A DNA stretch of 64,000 nucleotides from the human T2T-CHM13v2.0 reference genome, Homo sapiens. The position numbers and the translations under genes are program-made. The notes below the pieces were generated by a model. The model was not told the origin of the DNA, searched no databases, and saw only the letters and a program-made list of their open reading frames with translations. Positions 32,062-46,100 of this stretch are shown here, in pieces (the stretch's first letter is position 1; every line of letters starts with the position of its first letter). The stretch lies in the NCBI RefSeq assembly GCF_009914755.1, contig NC_060939.1. One strand, written 5' to 3'.

Positions 32062-33338
32062 GAGGTTGAGCATCCCTAATCTGAAAATCTGAAATTTGAA
32101 ATGCTTCAAAATCTGAAACTTTTTGAGCACTGACATGACACCACATGTGGATTTTGATGGATGTCCCAGTCAAAGTGCAGGTGAACAACACACAGTTTAT
32201 TTGATGTTCTCTAGTGGAAAAAGACCCTCTCAGCCCCCTTCAGCTGCAGTATAACTTTTCTACACATGCTCAGATTTCCCCATGCAAGCACCCACACAAA
32301 GGGTCACAGAATGGCACATGTGCAAGCTGGACATGCCAATGGCAGGATCCCCACAGATGGGACCTAAGTGCATTACTCATTGTGTATTTTTGCTTATTCT
32401 CTGCTCTGTGGTGTTAACATACTGAAAATGTCAATAAGACCTGTAGGTATCCCTGCGAGCAGCAATGATAAGGAAAAGTAGAAACACTTAGAACACAGAA
32501 AGTCAAGCTGTTGGAGAAATTGGACTGTAGTGTAAAGGTATAGATGACATGGTGAAAATGTGTGATAGAGATATTGAAGATATTGAAGGACTAGAGCTAC
32601 CTGCATTCATAACAGAACAAGAGGTCATGTCAGTTTATAAAATTAAAGAGAGACTTCCAAGACAAAAGCCCTTGATAATGAGGCAGATGACTCTGGAGAA
32701 ACATTATAAAAAGCCATCTGGCAGAATGCCTCCTCAGCCTCAGAGGACTCACCTCCTAGTTGCTCAACTCCTGATATTTCTTCTCACCTAAAAAAAGAAA
32801 AAAAAAATACAATGTACAGTAACCTTTTAATCAAAACGCAGCCTTGTAGGTGGAGCCTGAAAGCTTGCCATTGTTTATACAGCTGTTTAACAGCTGATGC
32901 AGGTATTCTGGTGATGCTACTGTGTTGCTTATTATTTTTTACTGTATTAATGTCATGTCATATTTTTACTTATGTGTGAATAATTGTGTGAAAATGATTG
33001 CTCATCAGTAGCATATAAATTCAGAGTCAGAAATGATGGTCAGTGACATCAGACAGCCACAGATTTTCCACATGGAAGCTGAGATAGTGACACCTTTGCT
33101 TTCTGATGGTTCCATGTACACAAACTTTGTTTCATTCACAAAATTATTTGAAATATTATATAAAATTACCTTTAGGCTATGTGTATAAGATATATGAAAC
33201 ATAAGTGAATTTCACGTTTAGACTTGGATCTCATCGCCAAGATACCTCACGTAGATGCAAATATAAAATCCAAAAAAAAATTCCGAAACCCTAAACACTT
33301 CTGGTTCCAAACATTTCAGATAAGGGATACTCAATCTG
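32062..33338 (+). mobile_element. Tigger4 (Zombi) internally deleted DNA transposon
   Basis: TIRs gaggttgagcatccctaatctgaaa / tttcagataagggatactcaatctg with TA-type flanks. Confidence 0.85.
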
Positions 33339-33841
33339 CATATATAAAATATTTATGTATCACATACATAGTATGTATATAATATGAATTTCCATTCCTC
33401 TACAGGTTACTATTCTGGTACATTCCCATTATATTCTGTTTATCAGACTGCAACTAAAACTTTCATGGGTTCAGCTTTATGTTGAACAGAATTTGCAGAA
33501 TTATGAGTTGAAGCAAACCCTAGTTTGATAATGCTATGATTCTCCTAAATCACCAAAGTGCATGAAATGATTTTAAGGCTCCAGAAATACTGAAGCAACT
33601 TTGTGATAAAAAATTATTAGTGGATGCACAAGGAGTCTATAATGTTTTGGTTTTGCTATTGCTTCCTAAGGTGCAGTACCAGTTTGAATTTGAATACCAG
33701 ACCAAAGTGGATGGTGAGATAATCCTTCATCTTTATGACAAAGGAGGAATTGAGCAAACAATTTGTATGTTGGATGGTGTGTTTGCATTTCTTTTACTGG
33801 ATTCTGCCAATAAGAAAGTGTCCCTGGACAGAGATACGTAA

Positions 33842-33964
<123 letters not shown>

Positions 33965-34279
33965 TAAATTATATCTGAAAATCTCTTAGCAATCCAGAAT
34001 TTTACAAGTGACTAATTAAGTTGTGAGTTCTTACCTTTTTAAAAAAAACAGAGTAGTTTTACTCTCCTTTTCAGCACTTAAATTCCGTAATCCTTGAAGG
34101 ATGGGTCTTTAGTGTAGTCATTTATTTTTGGTGTGCTAATATGCTCTGCATATAGCTTGATCATAAGTGCAGTTTTAAGTTTTCCTGTGTCATACTGTAA
34201 TGATAGGGTTGGCTCTGCAATTATTGCCCTGCGGTGCTTTGCTGAAGTTATAGCACAGCAAATATTAGGATTTCTAAAA

Positions 34280-35870
34280 CAGCTTTATTGGCAGTTCACA
34301 TGCCATGTAATTCACCCACTCGAAGTATATAGTTCAGTGGTTTTTAGTATATTCACAGATGTTGGGAAACAACACTCCAATCAATTTTAGAATTGTTTTT
34401 CCACCTCAAAAAAAAATCCTATGCCCTTTAGCTTATTTTCTTTCTATTTATTTATTTATTTATTTTAAGAGATGGGGTCTTGCTCAGTCGACCAGCCCAG
34501 GCTGGAGTACAGTGGTGTAATCATAGCTTAGTGCAGCCTTGAACTCCTGGGCTCAAGCAATCCTCCCATCTCAGCCTCCCTAGTAGCTACGAGTACAGGC
34601 ATGGACCACAACACCCTGCCTCCTGTGCCGTTTAGCTTTCAATTCTGTCTCTCTACATACATCATCTGCACCCCCGCAGTTGTAGCACTGGCAATCACCA
34701 ATCTTTCTGCCTCTGGATTCCCTATTGCCTGTGTTTCATATAAATGGGATTATCTATCATATGGGCTTTTGTTACTGGATTCTTTCACTTGGCATAATGC
34801 TTGCAAGGTTTGTCTATGCTGTGACATGTATCAGTACTTACTTTTTATGGCCACATGATACTCTGTACATGGATACACTGGATTTTGTTTATGCACTTGT
34901 CAGTTGATGGATATTTAGGACATTGTTTACCCCTTTTGGCTATTATGAATAATGCTGCTATAAACATTGGTGTATAAGTTTTTGTGTAGACATTTGTCTT
35001 CGGTGTTTATCTAGGAGCAGAATTGCTCAGATGTATATAACTGTCTAATTGAGGAACTGCCAAACTACTTTTTGAAATGGCTGCATTATTTTTTATTCCC
35101 TCCAGCAGTGTATTAAAATTTAAGTTTCTCCACATCTTCACAAACACTTACTGTGTGACTTTTTAATTGTAGCTATTATAATGTATGTGAAATTGTATCT
35201 CCTTGTGGTTTTGATTTGTATTTTCCTATTGAAGGTAATGTCCAGTGTCTTTTCTCATGCTTATTGGCCATGTGTATATCTTCTTTGGGGAAATATTTGT
35301 TGAGATCTTTTGTCATTTTTTTTTCCTGCTAGGGATCATTTTATTTTAAAAACAATAGACTTTTTTTTAGCAGTTTTAGAAAAAATAGAGAGAAAAGTGC
35401 AGAGAGTCCACATATGCTCCCCTACAGTGCCCCCGCCCAGTTTTCCCAACTCTTAACACCTTGCACTACTGTGCTAAATTGATTAGATTTGATGAACTGA
35501 TACTTATATCTGAAATTCATAGTTTACTTCAGGGTTCACTCTGTGTTTTATAGATTTTTGGATTTGACAAATGTATAATGTCATGTACCCACCATTATAG
35601 TATTATGTAGAACAGTTTCATTGCCCTAAAAATCTCCTGTGCTCCACTGAGTCATTCCTCCACCTCCTCTTCCTCCCAAACCCCCGGTCATTACTAATCT
35701 TTTTACTCTCTAATTTTGCCTCTCCCAGAATGTCATATAATAGATCATGTAGTATGTATCCTTTTCAGACTGGCTTCTTTCACCCAGCAGTATACATTTA
35801 GGGTTCTTCTGTGCTTTTTCATGGCTTGATAGCTCATTTTTTAAATTGCAGAATAATATTCCATTTGTTT
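34280..35870 (-). mobile_element. Old L1M fragments, with an Alu monomer at ~34440-34620
   Basis: ttcagtggtttttagtatattcacag, tattatgaataatgctgcta, cagtttcattgccctaaaa. Confidence 0.7.
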
Positions 35871-35989
35871 GCATGTATTGCAGTTTGTTTATCCATTCTT
35901 GAATTATCTATCTCTAATTGGGTTGTTTTGTCTTTTTATTACAGAATTGTAATTGTTCCTTATGTATGCCAGACACAAATCCCTTGTGT

Positions 35990-36965
35990 TCATCAGGGTT
36001 GCAGGATTCAAGATCAATATACAAAAATCAATAGTATTTGACACACTTTAACTGAATACTACATACTCACAATGAGCAATCAGAAAATGAAATTAAGAAA
36101 GCAACTTCATTTATCATAGCATCAACAAGAATAAAATACTAATAAATTTAAGAAGTGTAAAACTTGTACTCTGAAAACTATAAAACATTGTTGAAAGAAA
36201 TGAAAGAAGATCTAAATAAATGTAAAAGTATCCCATGATCATGAACCTAAGGCTTAACATTGTTAAGAAGGCAGTACTCCCTAAACTCATCTACAGATTT
36301 AACTTCATCCCTGTCAGAATCCCAGATGAGTTCTCTGTAAAATCGACAAGCTGACTCTGAAATTCATATGGAATTGCAAGGGACTAAGAATAGCCAAAAT
36401 AATCTTTTGAAAATGAGAAACAAAGTAGAAGAACTCATACTTACTGACTTTAAAACTTACTACAAGACAATGGTAATCAGGACAATATAATACTAGCAGA
36501 AGGATAGATGTATAGACCAGTGGGATAGAATTGAGAGTCAGATATGAACCCGTACATATATAACCACTGCTTTTGACAAGAGTGCCAAGATTATTCAGTG
36601 GGGAAAGAAGTTTGAGAACTGGCACAAGGACAACTAGATATGTAAACATATGCAAAACCTGGAGTAGGACCTTTACCCAACACCATATACAAAAACTATG
36701 GGTGCAAAGTAATTGGATCAAATGGATCCATTTTGAGCTAATCCACATAAATGTAAGGACTAAAACTATAAAATCCTGAGAAGCAAACATAGAAGTAAAT
36801 TGTCATGACCTTGAATTTGGCAAAGTTTTCTTAAATATGAGACCAGCAACAAGAATAAAAATTGATGAACTGGACTTCATCAAAATTAAACATTTTTGCA
36901 CTTCAAAGGACACCATCAAGAAAGTGAAAAGACAACTCACAAGATGGAAGAAAATACTTGTAAAT
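35990..36965 (+). mobile_element. L1M ORF2 fragment (RT C-terminal region)
   Basis: caagatcaatatacaaaaatca, gaatagccaaaataatc, tactacaag, ggacttcatcaaaattaaa. Confidence 0.85.
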
Positions 36966-37002
36966 CATGTGTAGCACTTTTTGATGATAAACTTGAGGAA
37001 GA

Positions 37003-37306
37003 CTTTTTTATTTCTTATTTTTATTATACTTTAAGTTCTAGGGTACATGTGCACAATGTGCAGGTTTGTTACATATGTATACATGTGCCATGTTGGTGTG
37101 CCGCACCCATTATCTCATCATTTACATTAGGTATATCTCCTAATGCTATCCCTCCTCCCTCCCCCCACCCCACGACAGGCCCCGGTGTGTGATGTTCCCC
37201 ATCCTGTGTCCGAGTGTTCTCATTGTTCAATTTCCACCTATGAATGAGAACATGTGGTGTTTGGTTTTCTGTCCTTGCGATAGTTTGCTCAGAATGATGG
37301 TTTCCA
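37003..37306 (-). mobile_element. Young L1PA 3' end (5' truncated), followed by (TA)n
   Basis: ttattatactttaagttctagggtacatgtgcacaatgtgcaggtttgttacatatg. Confidence 0.93.
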
Positions 37307-38402
37307 TATATATATATATAGTCAGTTGCTAGGACTGCTGGGCAAGCCTGGGAAAGAGAGTACCTGGGGAAAGCAGCCTCCTGCTCCCCCGTGCCTTCTT
37401 TGAGCCTGATGTTCATTTGATGTGGTACTATATAATCACATCCAGTTTACCCTTTGAAATTCCTTGATTTTTCTTTTCTATATCCTTGACACTGTCCTTT
37501 TACAGACCACATAATCTTATCTGGAATACTACAACAGTTTTCTTTTCTCAGTGCTTTTAGAATAACCTGTCAAAAACTCATCTGACTATAGTAGTACCTG
37601 CTTACAACCTTTTAATTACTCCCCATTCCCTACCAGGCTGTGTAACTCACTTGAGCTCTGCTAGGTGGTGAGGGAATCTGGGTCCTTTTTCTGGTATTTG
37701 AATTCAGTGCTACGTAGGTTACTGGCTGGGTTGACAATCTCAAATTGTAAATCATGAGTATATATGTAGATAGTCTGTCACGATTTACAATAAAACATTG
37801 ACATGTCAGAGATCATGGTGATGTGAGGTTGGGTACTGTCTGTGAGAATTAATTGAGGAAATTTAAATTATATGGTTTTATTTACATAGAGTGTATAACA
37901 ACTAGTTAAGGGATAGATGTCTTCTTATCTGACTTTCAAGTATCTAAGAGTGGATTATTGTGCTTGTTAAAGTTCTGGGAACCATGGATATTTTCTGAAA
38001 ATACCTCAGTGATGAGAAATGAATGACTACCAGCCTCTCATAACATTAGGACTCCAGTTCATCCCTTTGCTTCATAAGTGTGTCTTTTCCTTTTGTATAT
38101 ATTTGCTTTAGTGTAGAAAATAGGTTTTCTTGATTAGAAATCTAAAAAGAATAAATTGAAAACTGGAGATTTTTCTATTGCTTTGGATTACCAAAATTAA
38201 TGTAATTTGGCAGTATATCCCTGTGCCATTATTGTCTCTCTGGTAAGTAGATGGTAGGGTTTTGGGTGATTAAATTTTTTTTTTCCTATTTTGCTTATTT
38301 AATGGGCATGTGTTTGTATTAAAAAGGGGAAAATACATAGGAATGTAGAAGATGTTAACTAATCGTGAAAGTTATTGGGAAGGGTTACCTAATTTAAAAG
38401 TT

Positions 38403-38560
38403 GGCCAGCCATGGCAACACTGTCTGTAGTCCCAGCTGTGGGGGAGGCTGAGGCAAGAGGATGGCTTGAGTTTAGAGGATGGAGGTTACAGTGAGCTATG
38501 ATTGTGCCACTGTACTTCAGCCTGAGGGACAGAGCCAGACCCTGTCTCAGAAAAACCTAG
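38403..38560 (+). mobile_element. Alu right-arm monomer (FRAM-like)
   Basis: tgtagtcccagct...gaggctgaggca...gaccctgtctcagaaaa. Confidence 0.8.
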
Positions 38561-38603
38561 AACAACAACAAACAGAGAGAGGAGCCTGGACGAATTGAGC
38601 AAT

Positions 38604-38775
38604 ATTAGTGTCCAGGAGCTGCTGTAGTGATGGCTTACAACATCAGGAATTTATTCTCTCACAGTTCTGGAGGCCACAAGTCCAAAATCAAGGTGTGGGC
38701 AGAAATGCACTCCCTCTGCAGACTCTTGGGGAGGATTCTTGTTTCTTCCAGCTCTGCGACTGTGGTGCCTGCAGC
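38604..38775 (-). mobile_element. MLT1 fragment
   Basis: aatttattctctcacagttctggaggcca.aagtccaaaatcaaggtgt. Confidence 0.75.
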
Positions 38776-41700
38776 CATTGGAACCAGCTCTGCACGGCTC
38801 AGACCTGGGTGATGAGGACACAGCTTTGCAGGTGGGCAGCCACATCCCCAAGGGGAGACTGTGGGCCTGTGACAGGATAGGGGCAAGCAGGGCAGGGGCT
38901 CCCCATTGTTGCTCCTGAGCTCCTGGGGCTCGTGGAGAAAGACAGGTGGATGCGCACATACTGCAGCTCCCTGGATCTGAGCCTTGGTTTCCTTACCTGT
39001 GAAATGGGCACCCAAGGCAGCTCAGAAGTGTCTGGGAGCATCCCCTGTGGGGGAAGGTGTGGGGGGCTGCTGGGCCACAGTCATGGGGAACCCCAGTCCC
39101 CCTCTCCATGTGCTTCCTTCAATGCTCCCTGATGCCAGAAGACCTGCCCCTGAACAGAGAAGGGCATTCTTGTGAGATCCTTGTGTGGGGGTTTGGTCAC
39201 AGAGACTCCCCAAGTGCAGGGCAGGGTGGAGGGAGGCTGAAGGGTGGTTGAATGGACAGGAGAAGAGCTCTCTCCAGTCCCTAGGGTCTGGGTGGCCTGG
39301 GGAGCATCCATTTGGGCAGGCAGCTGGCAGGGCTGGTGGCTGAGCCACTGTGGCTCGGGGACCCCAGGTGTCTCCTGGACAGAAAGAGCCCTGGTCACTC
39401 ATGGCTGCAGCATAGCCATGGCGACAGGAAAGTGCTGCTGTACATTGTGCTCCTGGGGCTGGCTCCCAATGGACACCCAATGGTATCTCCCCCACTGTAA
39501 TCTGGGATGCTGGCAGGGGTGATGGGCACTGGGGTAAGAGCCTTGGCAAGCCCTTCGCTCCCTGGGTGTGAGACCTTGGGCTCCTGGATGCCTGGGTTTC
39601 TGTGTCCTATTTTTCCCATGGAAGATGTTTGGGGTGCTCCCACGAAATGGGGAGGGCCCTGGGGGGTCAGGATTGTATTATTAAAGCCAGAAAGTCTGGG
39701 GTTCCATTTTTAGCACAAGGCAGGCAGCCCATGAGCCACAGCCCAGTGGCCAGCCTGTGTGGGAGGGGAGTGGGGGTCTGAAGGAGTGAGGATCCTGTTA
39801 CCGCAGGCTCCACTGCAGCCCTCCAGGGTGGCCGTGTGGGCTGGACAGTGGGCACTGCACCAGGGGCACTGGCGCCGACCTTGAGCCATGCATCTGATGC
39901 CTGTGAGAGTGATCTCTAGGAGCCACTGCACAGGGGGCAGATGAGGGAACCCCGACATGGGACAGCCGAGGGCGACCCCAACACGGAGGGGGCAGCTGTG
40001 TCCAGGCTCCACTGGATTCCACAGAGGACAGAACACAGCTCTGACTCTAGGATGTGGGCTCACTGAGGGTCAGGACAGGCTGGGGTTGGGAGAGGGCTAT
40101 GCTGCAGCTGGGCCACATCCCACCTGCACCCCTCAGATGGCAGGGCCTGGATGTCTCCATCCCCACCCTGACCCGGTCAGTAACAGCCACAGGCCAGCAG
40201 CCCCCAGCAACCGCTCCCTCCCTGAACTGCCGGGGACAGGAGGTACCATAGTCTCTTCTAGGCAAGAGCTGCTGGAGCCTTCTTTATTCTTGTGCTAGAA
40301 GCCCAGGGTGGGGAGAGGAGCCTGAGAACAGCCCAGTGTGGGCATCCACCTTCCTGCCCACTTTGGAGGTCTGAATCACCTCCGGCCACTCTCCCAATCC
40401 CCAGGAGCCAAGAGGCTTCCTGGAGCAAGCCACACCTGATCTCCACCATGGGTAGGAGTTCAAGGCCAGGCCAACGGGGACTCCACAGAGGGGCCTGTGG
40501 GTTAGCTGCAGCTGCCAGTGTCCAGATGGCCTCAGGGGTGGGGGTTGGACAATCTGGAGGTCAGCAGGGAATTCAGCATGAGGAGACAGCCCTTAGGGCT
40601 CTGGCCCAGCAGCCCCAGGTGCTGGCTCTGCACTGAGTCATGAAGTTTGTGGGCCAGGGGCGTTGGCCTCTCTCTAGCTGGGAGTGACTTCCATCACTGC
40701 TGTCATTAGCCTCCCCTGCATCAACCTGTCCCTGGGGTGGGAGCACAGTGGGCGCAGGGACCGTCAAGCCTCAGTTTTCCCTGCTGTAAAATGCATGTGA
40801 TAGTGAGGCGGTCATGAGGCCTGAAGGAGTTAAAACCTGCCATGTGATCAGGATGGCACCTAGCTCGGTGCCTCCTAGCCTGGTGCCACCATCCGGCATC
40901 AGAGATGAAATACGTCTCCCAGGCCCCCTCCCCTGGCATCCTCCACACTCAGCTCTCCATCAGCCACACCCTCCAGGGTGGGACAAGGAGGTCCTGAGAC
41001 TGATGGGGACCCGACAGGGCTGGGCAGCACCACCTGGGCCTAGGCGATAATGGGAGCCTGAGTGTGGGGCCTGCAGGGAGGGAGCCATTGTTTCTTGGGC
41101 TTCTTAGTGGCTACTTCCCTAAAGTCTGGGAGAAGTACTGCTGCTCAAGAGGGGACAGTGCCAGCAGCTCCCTCTGAGGCTGGGGTGGGCACAGCATAGG
41201 GGGTCCTCACCCCCACCCACCTCCCATGGAGGTTCCTGGCTCTCTTGGAGGACTCCTCGCTACTGTGCTGAGGCTGGCACCAGGGCTGACCAGGCCCAGG
41301 ATGGTGTTGGACCACCTGCATCCCCCTGCAGCAGGCAGGGAGGGCACTGCAGACACCACCCTCCCACAGCTGACCCCTCCCTGGCCATCGTGTCTAGGGT
41401 GGCAGGGTGTGAAGCCCCCACCCAACAACCTCCCCCAGCTCAGGGGCCTTTGAGTTCACCACCATCTGCCTCACTGCAGGTTTTCCCTGTGCTGGGTGGG
41501 GGTGATTGCAGGGAGATGGTTCTTTGGTATTCCCTGGGCAGGTCATTGCCTCAGCCCCTGCCTGGTGTCCTGGAACAGCTTTGAGGAGCTACATGGACAG
41601 GACACCAACTGTCTGCAGCCCCCAGGTGAGACTTGGCTGCTGTGTCCCACTGCCTCTGCTCCTGGCTGTCAAAGCCCCATGGTAACAGCATCCAGGGCGA

Positions 41701-43184
41701 ATTTAAATGGCACCCCAAAGAATAAGAGTGGGCCTGGGTGTCACTGTAGTGACTGGTGGCTTGTGACAAGTAGTGTGGCTTCCGTGGTGATGGGAAACGA
41801 CAGTTCCCCCTGAATCTGCACTGGAGAGAAGGTCCTGGAAGCTTTCGGGCCCACCCTCCAGGGTCTGTGTCTGCATCTCTGAGAGTGGCCGGGTGGGAAG
41901 AAGAATCCTCACTGCCTGGCAGTCGGGTTTGGAGCTGGGGAGGGCCGGGCCTGGTTAGCAACGAGCCTATCACAGTGAACCAGAGCTCAAGATAAAGCGA
42001 GAGGCCTAGCCCAGACACCTCCTTCCCTGGTCCCAGCCCCTGTGCCTTGGCCTGTGCGGTGGAAGCCAGGCTCCCTCCTCCAGGAAGTCTTCCCTGCACT
42101 GCCTGCTCACACACAGCCTCTCCCAGATTTCTCCCCATCCAGGCTGAGTAGGATTCCCAAGAAGGCTCCTCCCCGAGCCAACTGCCTGCAGTCAACATTA
42201 TCACCTCCCCCAGTGAACGGCAGTAGTGTTTTTCGTCTTCAGCAGTGGCCTCTGGAGGGGTCCTAGCAGGTCGGGGAGAGAGGTCTGAGTTAGCCCCACG
42301 TGAAAGGCAGCCCATGCCTCTCCTCCCAGCAACCCCCAGCAGCAACTTCCACCTGGCTGACCCCACCCAGCTCACAGAGCTGCCCAGCTGGGTGTCCTTG
42401 TGGTTGATTGGGGGGAAGGGGCTGTTACCTCCCGGTCCCCTCCAGGCTGAGACAAGAGCCCTGTGGGCCTGGATCTTGCAGATGGGACCCCCACCCACAT
42501 GCTCTCCAGGTGGATGCCCACCCTGGGCTGTTCTCAGGCCCCTCTCCCCACACTAGGCCCACACCCAGAAGGGAACTCCATGTACCCCTGCCGATCTGCC
42601 CATCTGCCCATCTGAGCCTCAGGGGTCCTGGGCACTGAGAGCTGGGCTGGGCTGAGCTCAGGTACACACTGTCATTGGGGACAGAGAGGGGATGCTGAAG
42701 TGGGTGCTTCTGCGTGGGGCCTGCCTGGAGGATCGCCACGGCAAGTGCACCCAGCAGCCAGACCAGCTTCTAGCAGAATAAGCGCACTGTCACAGGGGTA
42801 TGTGAGCTGAGGCTGGGGGCCTGGAGGTGCAGGGGGAGGAGTTGGGGAGATGCAGAGGCCGCAAAGATGTCCCAAGGCCCTAAGACTCTGGTGAGGGAAT
42901 GGAGGAGCCAGCACTGGTGGGGAACTGGGGAGGGGGAGCTGGGTGGCCTGGCTCTGAGCGGGACACACGGTCTGCGCCCACACTTGAGCTGTGCTGTGGA
43001 GCCCCAGTCCCCACCTGGGCATGTCCTGTCCTCTGAAGCACAGGGATTCCTCGTCGTCAGCTCTGACCCCTCTTCTCCAACTGTTGGGATGACGAGTCCA
43101 TAGGCAGAGCCAGCCTCACAGGGGACCCAAAGGCCAGTTCAGATGGACAGCAACTGGAGGTCCCACCGGGCACACACACACACT

Positions 43185-46100
43185 GTGCAGAAAGCTAATG
43201 CACTGTTTATTTGGGGGATTGGGGGGAAGCACCGTGCCGCTGCTCACTGGTAGCCAGCCAGCTGCAGGATGGGGGTGTAGCAAGTACGATGGGCCATGCA
43301 CTTCTGGCGGTCGATGAAGAGACTGTTGGTCATGGCGGTAACATCCTTCTCCAGGCTCATGTGGATGTCCTCGAGGTTGCAAAGGGACTGCTCCCCTTCT
43401 AGAAGCTTCTCCCACAGCGCTGTGATGGACATGTTCAGCTCCTCCACCTCACTCACCAGCTTGGGGGTGTTGGGTGTGTGAGCTGGGGCTGGGGAGGGCA
43501 GAAGTATGCACCTACCGGGGTGCAGGGGACCCAAAACTCCCAATGGGAGCTGGCAGGAGGTCCTGGGAAGACGCCATGAAAGGATCCCACCAGGAAAGCG
43601 GCTCTAGGGCAGAGCATAAATTACGAGGGTCCTCCCAGGGAGCGCGGGCCTCAGTGGGAATGAGTGACCCGCGTGCAATCTCGACCCTGACAGGACAGGA
43701 CTGGCCTCAGCCGACCAGGCTCAGTTCTTTTCATTCCTGATATTTGACGGAAGGAGGCACCCAGTTCCTTGAAGGAACTGAGGGGCAGGGAAGGAAGAAA
43801 GGTACTTAGGCTCAGAAGGGGCCACCAGGCATCCGTTAACAAGGGAAACAAAAGGACGGCCCATCTATGCCTGTAGCCCAGGCGTAGGTCATACTTTCCA
43901 CCAGAGGTGGGGACAGCACCCTCAAGGCAGCAGGGAATGGCCCTCTCTGGCCTCTCTGTCCCCGTGGCCTCCAGGAGCTCACCTTGTCTGAAGGAGCTTC
44001 CTCCCGGGAAGATGAGGTAGCACAGGGTGGGGTGAGACCACGTGGGCACAGGTCCCTGGCACTGGGAGGCCCCCGACCCATGACCTGCCCAGTGTCATGT
44101 CTATATCTGTGTGTTTAAGGCGTGCTTGCGTGTTGTGTGTGGCCGCAAACTCTCCCTCCCCTCTCAGCACCTGTGGGGGATGTGTGTGTGGAGATTGGAG
44201 TGTTTATTGGAGAGGGTCACAGCGAGGAGGTGGACGGGGGCACCTGGGACTGCCTCAGAGGCCCAGGCAGTACCTGAACTGGGCTGCTTCGCGGCACAGC
44301 TGCATGTTGGGCCGGTGTGAGAGCAGGTACAGCCGGGTCTGGGCTATGTGCAGAGGTTCCTCCTTGTCCTTGATGGCCTCCTTCAGTGCCACCACGTTGT
44401 GTTCCTGATCTGTGATTTCCCGCAGCATCTGCAGACAGGACAGTGCCCCTTGGGCCTGTGCCCCCATGCCCGGGCATATGGAATGTGGAGACCAGTCTGG
44501 TCCTACCCAGCTCCTGGGGCTGTGTCCAGAGGGTGGTCCTGACCAGTGGCTCTGGGGAGGCGTGGATGAGGGGAACAATGTGCACAGGGCCCCCAGCGGG
44601 CTCTGGAGAGTCAGGCAGCCTGTTGTCTCTTAGCTCTGGTCCAAGAACCCCCATCCTTGGTGGTCACCAGGACCCAAATCCTGCTCAAGGACTGGGGACT
44701 CAGAGGTGGTAAAGGCCATGCTGAGGCCCTAGAGTCAGAGCCCTGCCTGCCAGGCCAGGACTCTTGGGGACCTCCCAGGCAGTCAATGCTCCCCAGACCA
44801 GCTCCTGCCTCCATCCTCCCCACAGCTCCTCCTGCTCAGTCATGGGGGTTGCAACACACTGCGATCATACCCAGTGTCACCTGGTTTTACATAGGTTTAC
44901 GGAGAGGTGACACTTGCTTCTGGGGTCCCTCGGGATAAGTGGGACAGAGGAGAAAGGTGTTGAGGGCCCAGGCCAGGTGATGAGAGGGGGCAGAGTGGTG
45001 GGCAGGCGCCGGAGCCGTCTTCGGGGTTCAGGGTGCCCCACCTTGTGCAGGTGGTGCTGCAGCTTGTGCCGCACGTCCTCCAGTTCCTCACAGCGGCGCC
45101 CGAAGGCCAGGTTCACGGCGTCACACTGGAGTCCCAGGTCCTCGGAGGTGTCGCGAAGGATGCAGTCCACAAGCACCCACAGGTTGGCCGAGTCCAGGCG
45201 CTCGCGCTGGGCGTGGCACAGATTGTCCTGTGTGAACTTGGTCCGGGTCTCTGGGGTGGAGGCGCTGCGGGGCTGGGGACAGCCAGGAGAGGGTCAGGGA
45301 GGCTCTGCCAATGGCTGGGGGCCCTGCCGCGCCCCCATTCCCTGTCTGCACCCCATGCTCCTGGAGGAACTGCATGGACTCCAATGCACCCCGTGCAGAC
45401 CCACGAAGCCCAGTCCCCCAAGCTCCCTGCCTCCGAGTGCCCCCCGCCCACAACTCCCCTGAGTCCACCCACACCCTACCCACCCCGGGCACTTAGTCCC
45501 CTCCTGCCCCCGCGACCCCGTTCCCAGCACCGCTGCCCCCGAGGCCCCCTCTGCAGCACCTCTGTCTCCCGCAGCCCCCCTTCCCTAGTACCCAGCGCCC
45601 GCGTCCGCTTCTCGCACCCAGGAGTTTGCCATGCTCAAGTGGGCGGTGGTCGTGCTCCCTCTGCTGGCCTTGGGTGGAAATGCAATCCTGCCGGCGCCTG
45701 GGACTGACCGCATCCCACCCTGTCCTGTCTACGGGCAACCAGGCTGTGCACGCGCTGGGCACTTGAGGAGGTCTTGCACGCTTTCTCATGCCAGGGCAAA
45801 CAGTTGCCCAAGTGCCCTCGGGGGCGAGGGCCTCTGGGCCAGGCTGGGGGAAGCAGCGCCGCTGGGGCCCCCAGGCAGAGGGAGGCGAGACCACAGCCAG
45901 GGCAAGCACGGGGACAGAGCTGGGGCCCCCATCTCTTGGAAGGTGGTGGAGTGCCGGATGAGCCTGCACCTCGGTGCTCTGGCTGTGGTGGCGCCCGCAA
46001 GTCTCGTCGAGGTTGTAGGCCTCCACCTTGTCCGACCAGTCCATCTCGCAGATCTCTGTGTGCTCTCGGTTCATTCTGGGGCGGGGTGGGGCAGGGCCTT

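Noticed and set aside
43244-43543. 99-aa ORF ending in the tektin C-terminus
   Set aside because: It is TEKT4P exon 6 read through from intron 5 after loss of the acceptor; no evidence of independent expression
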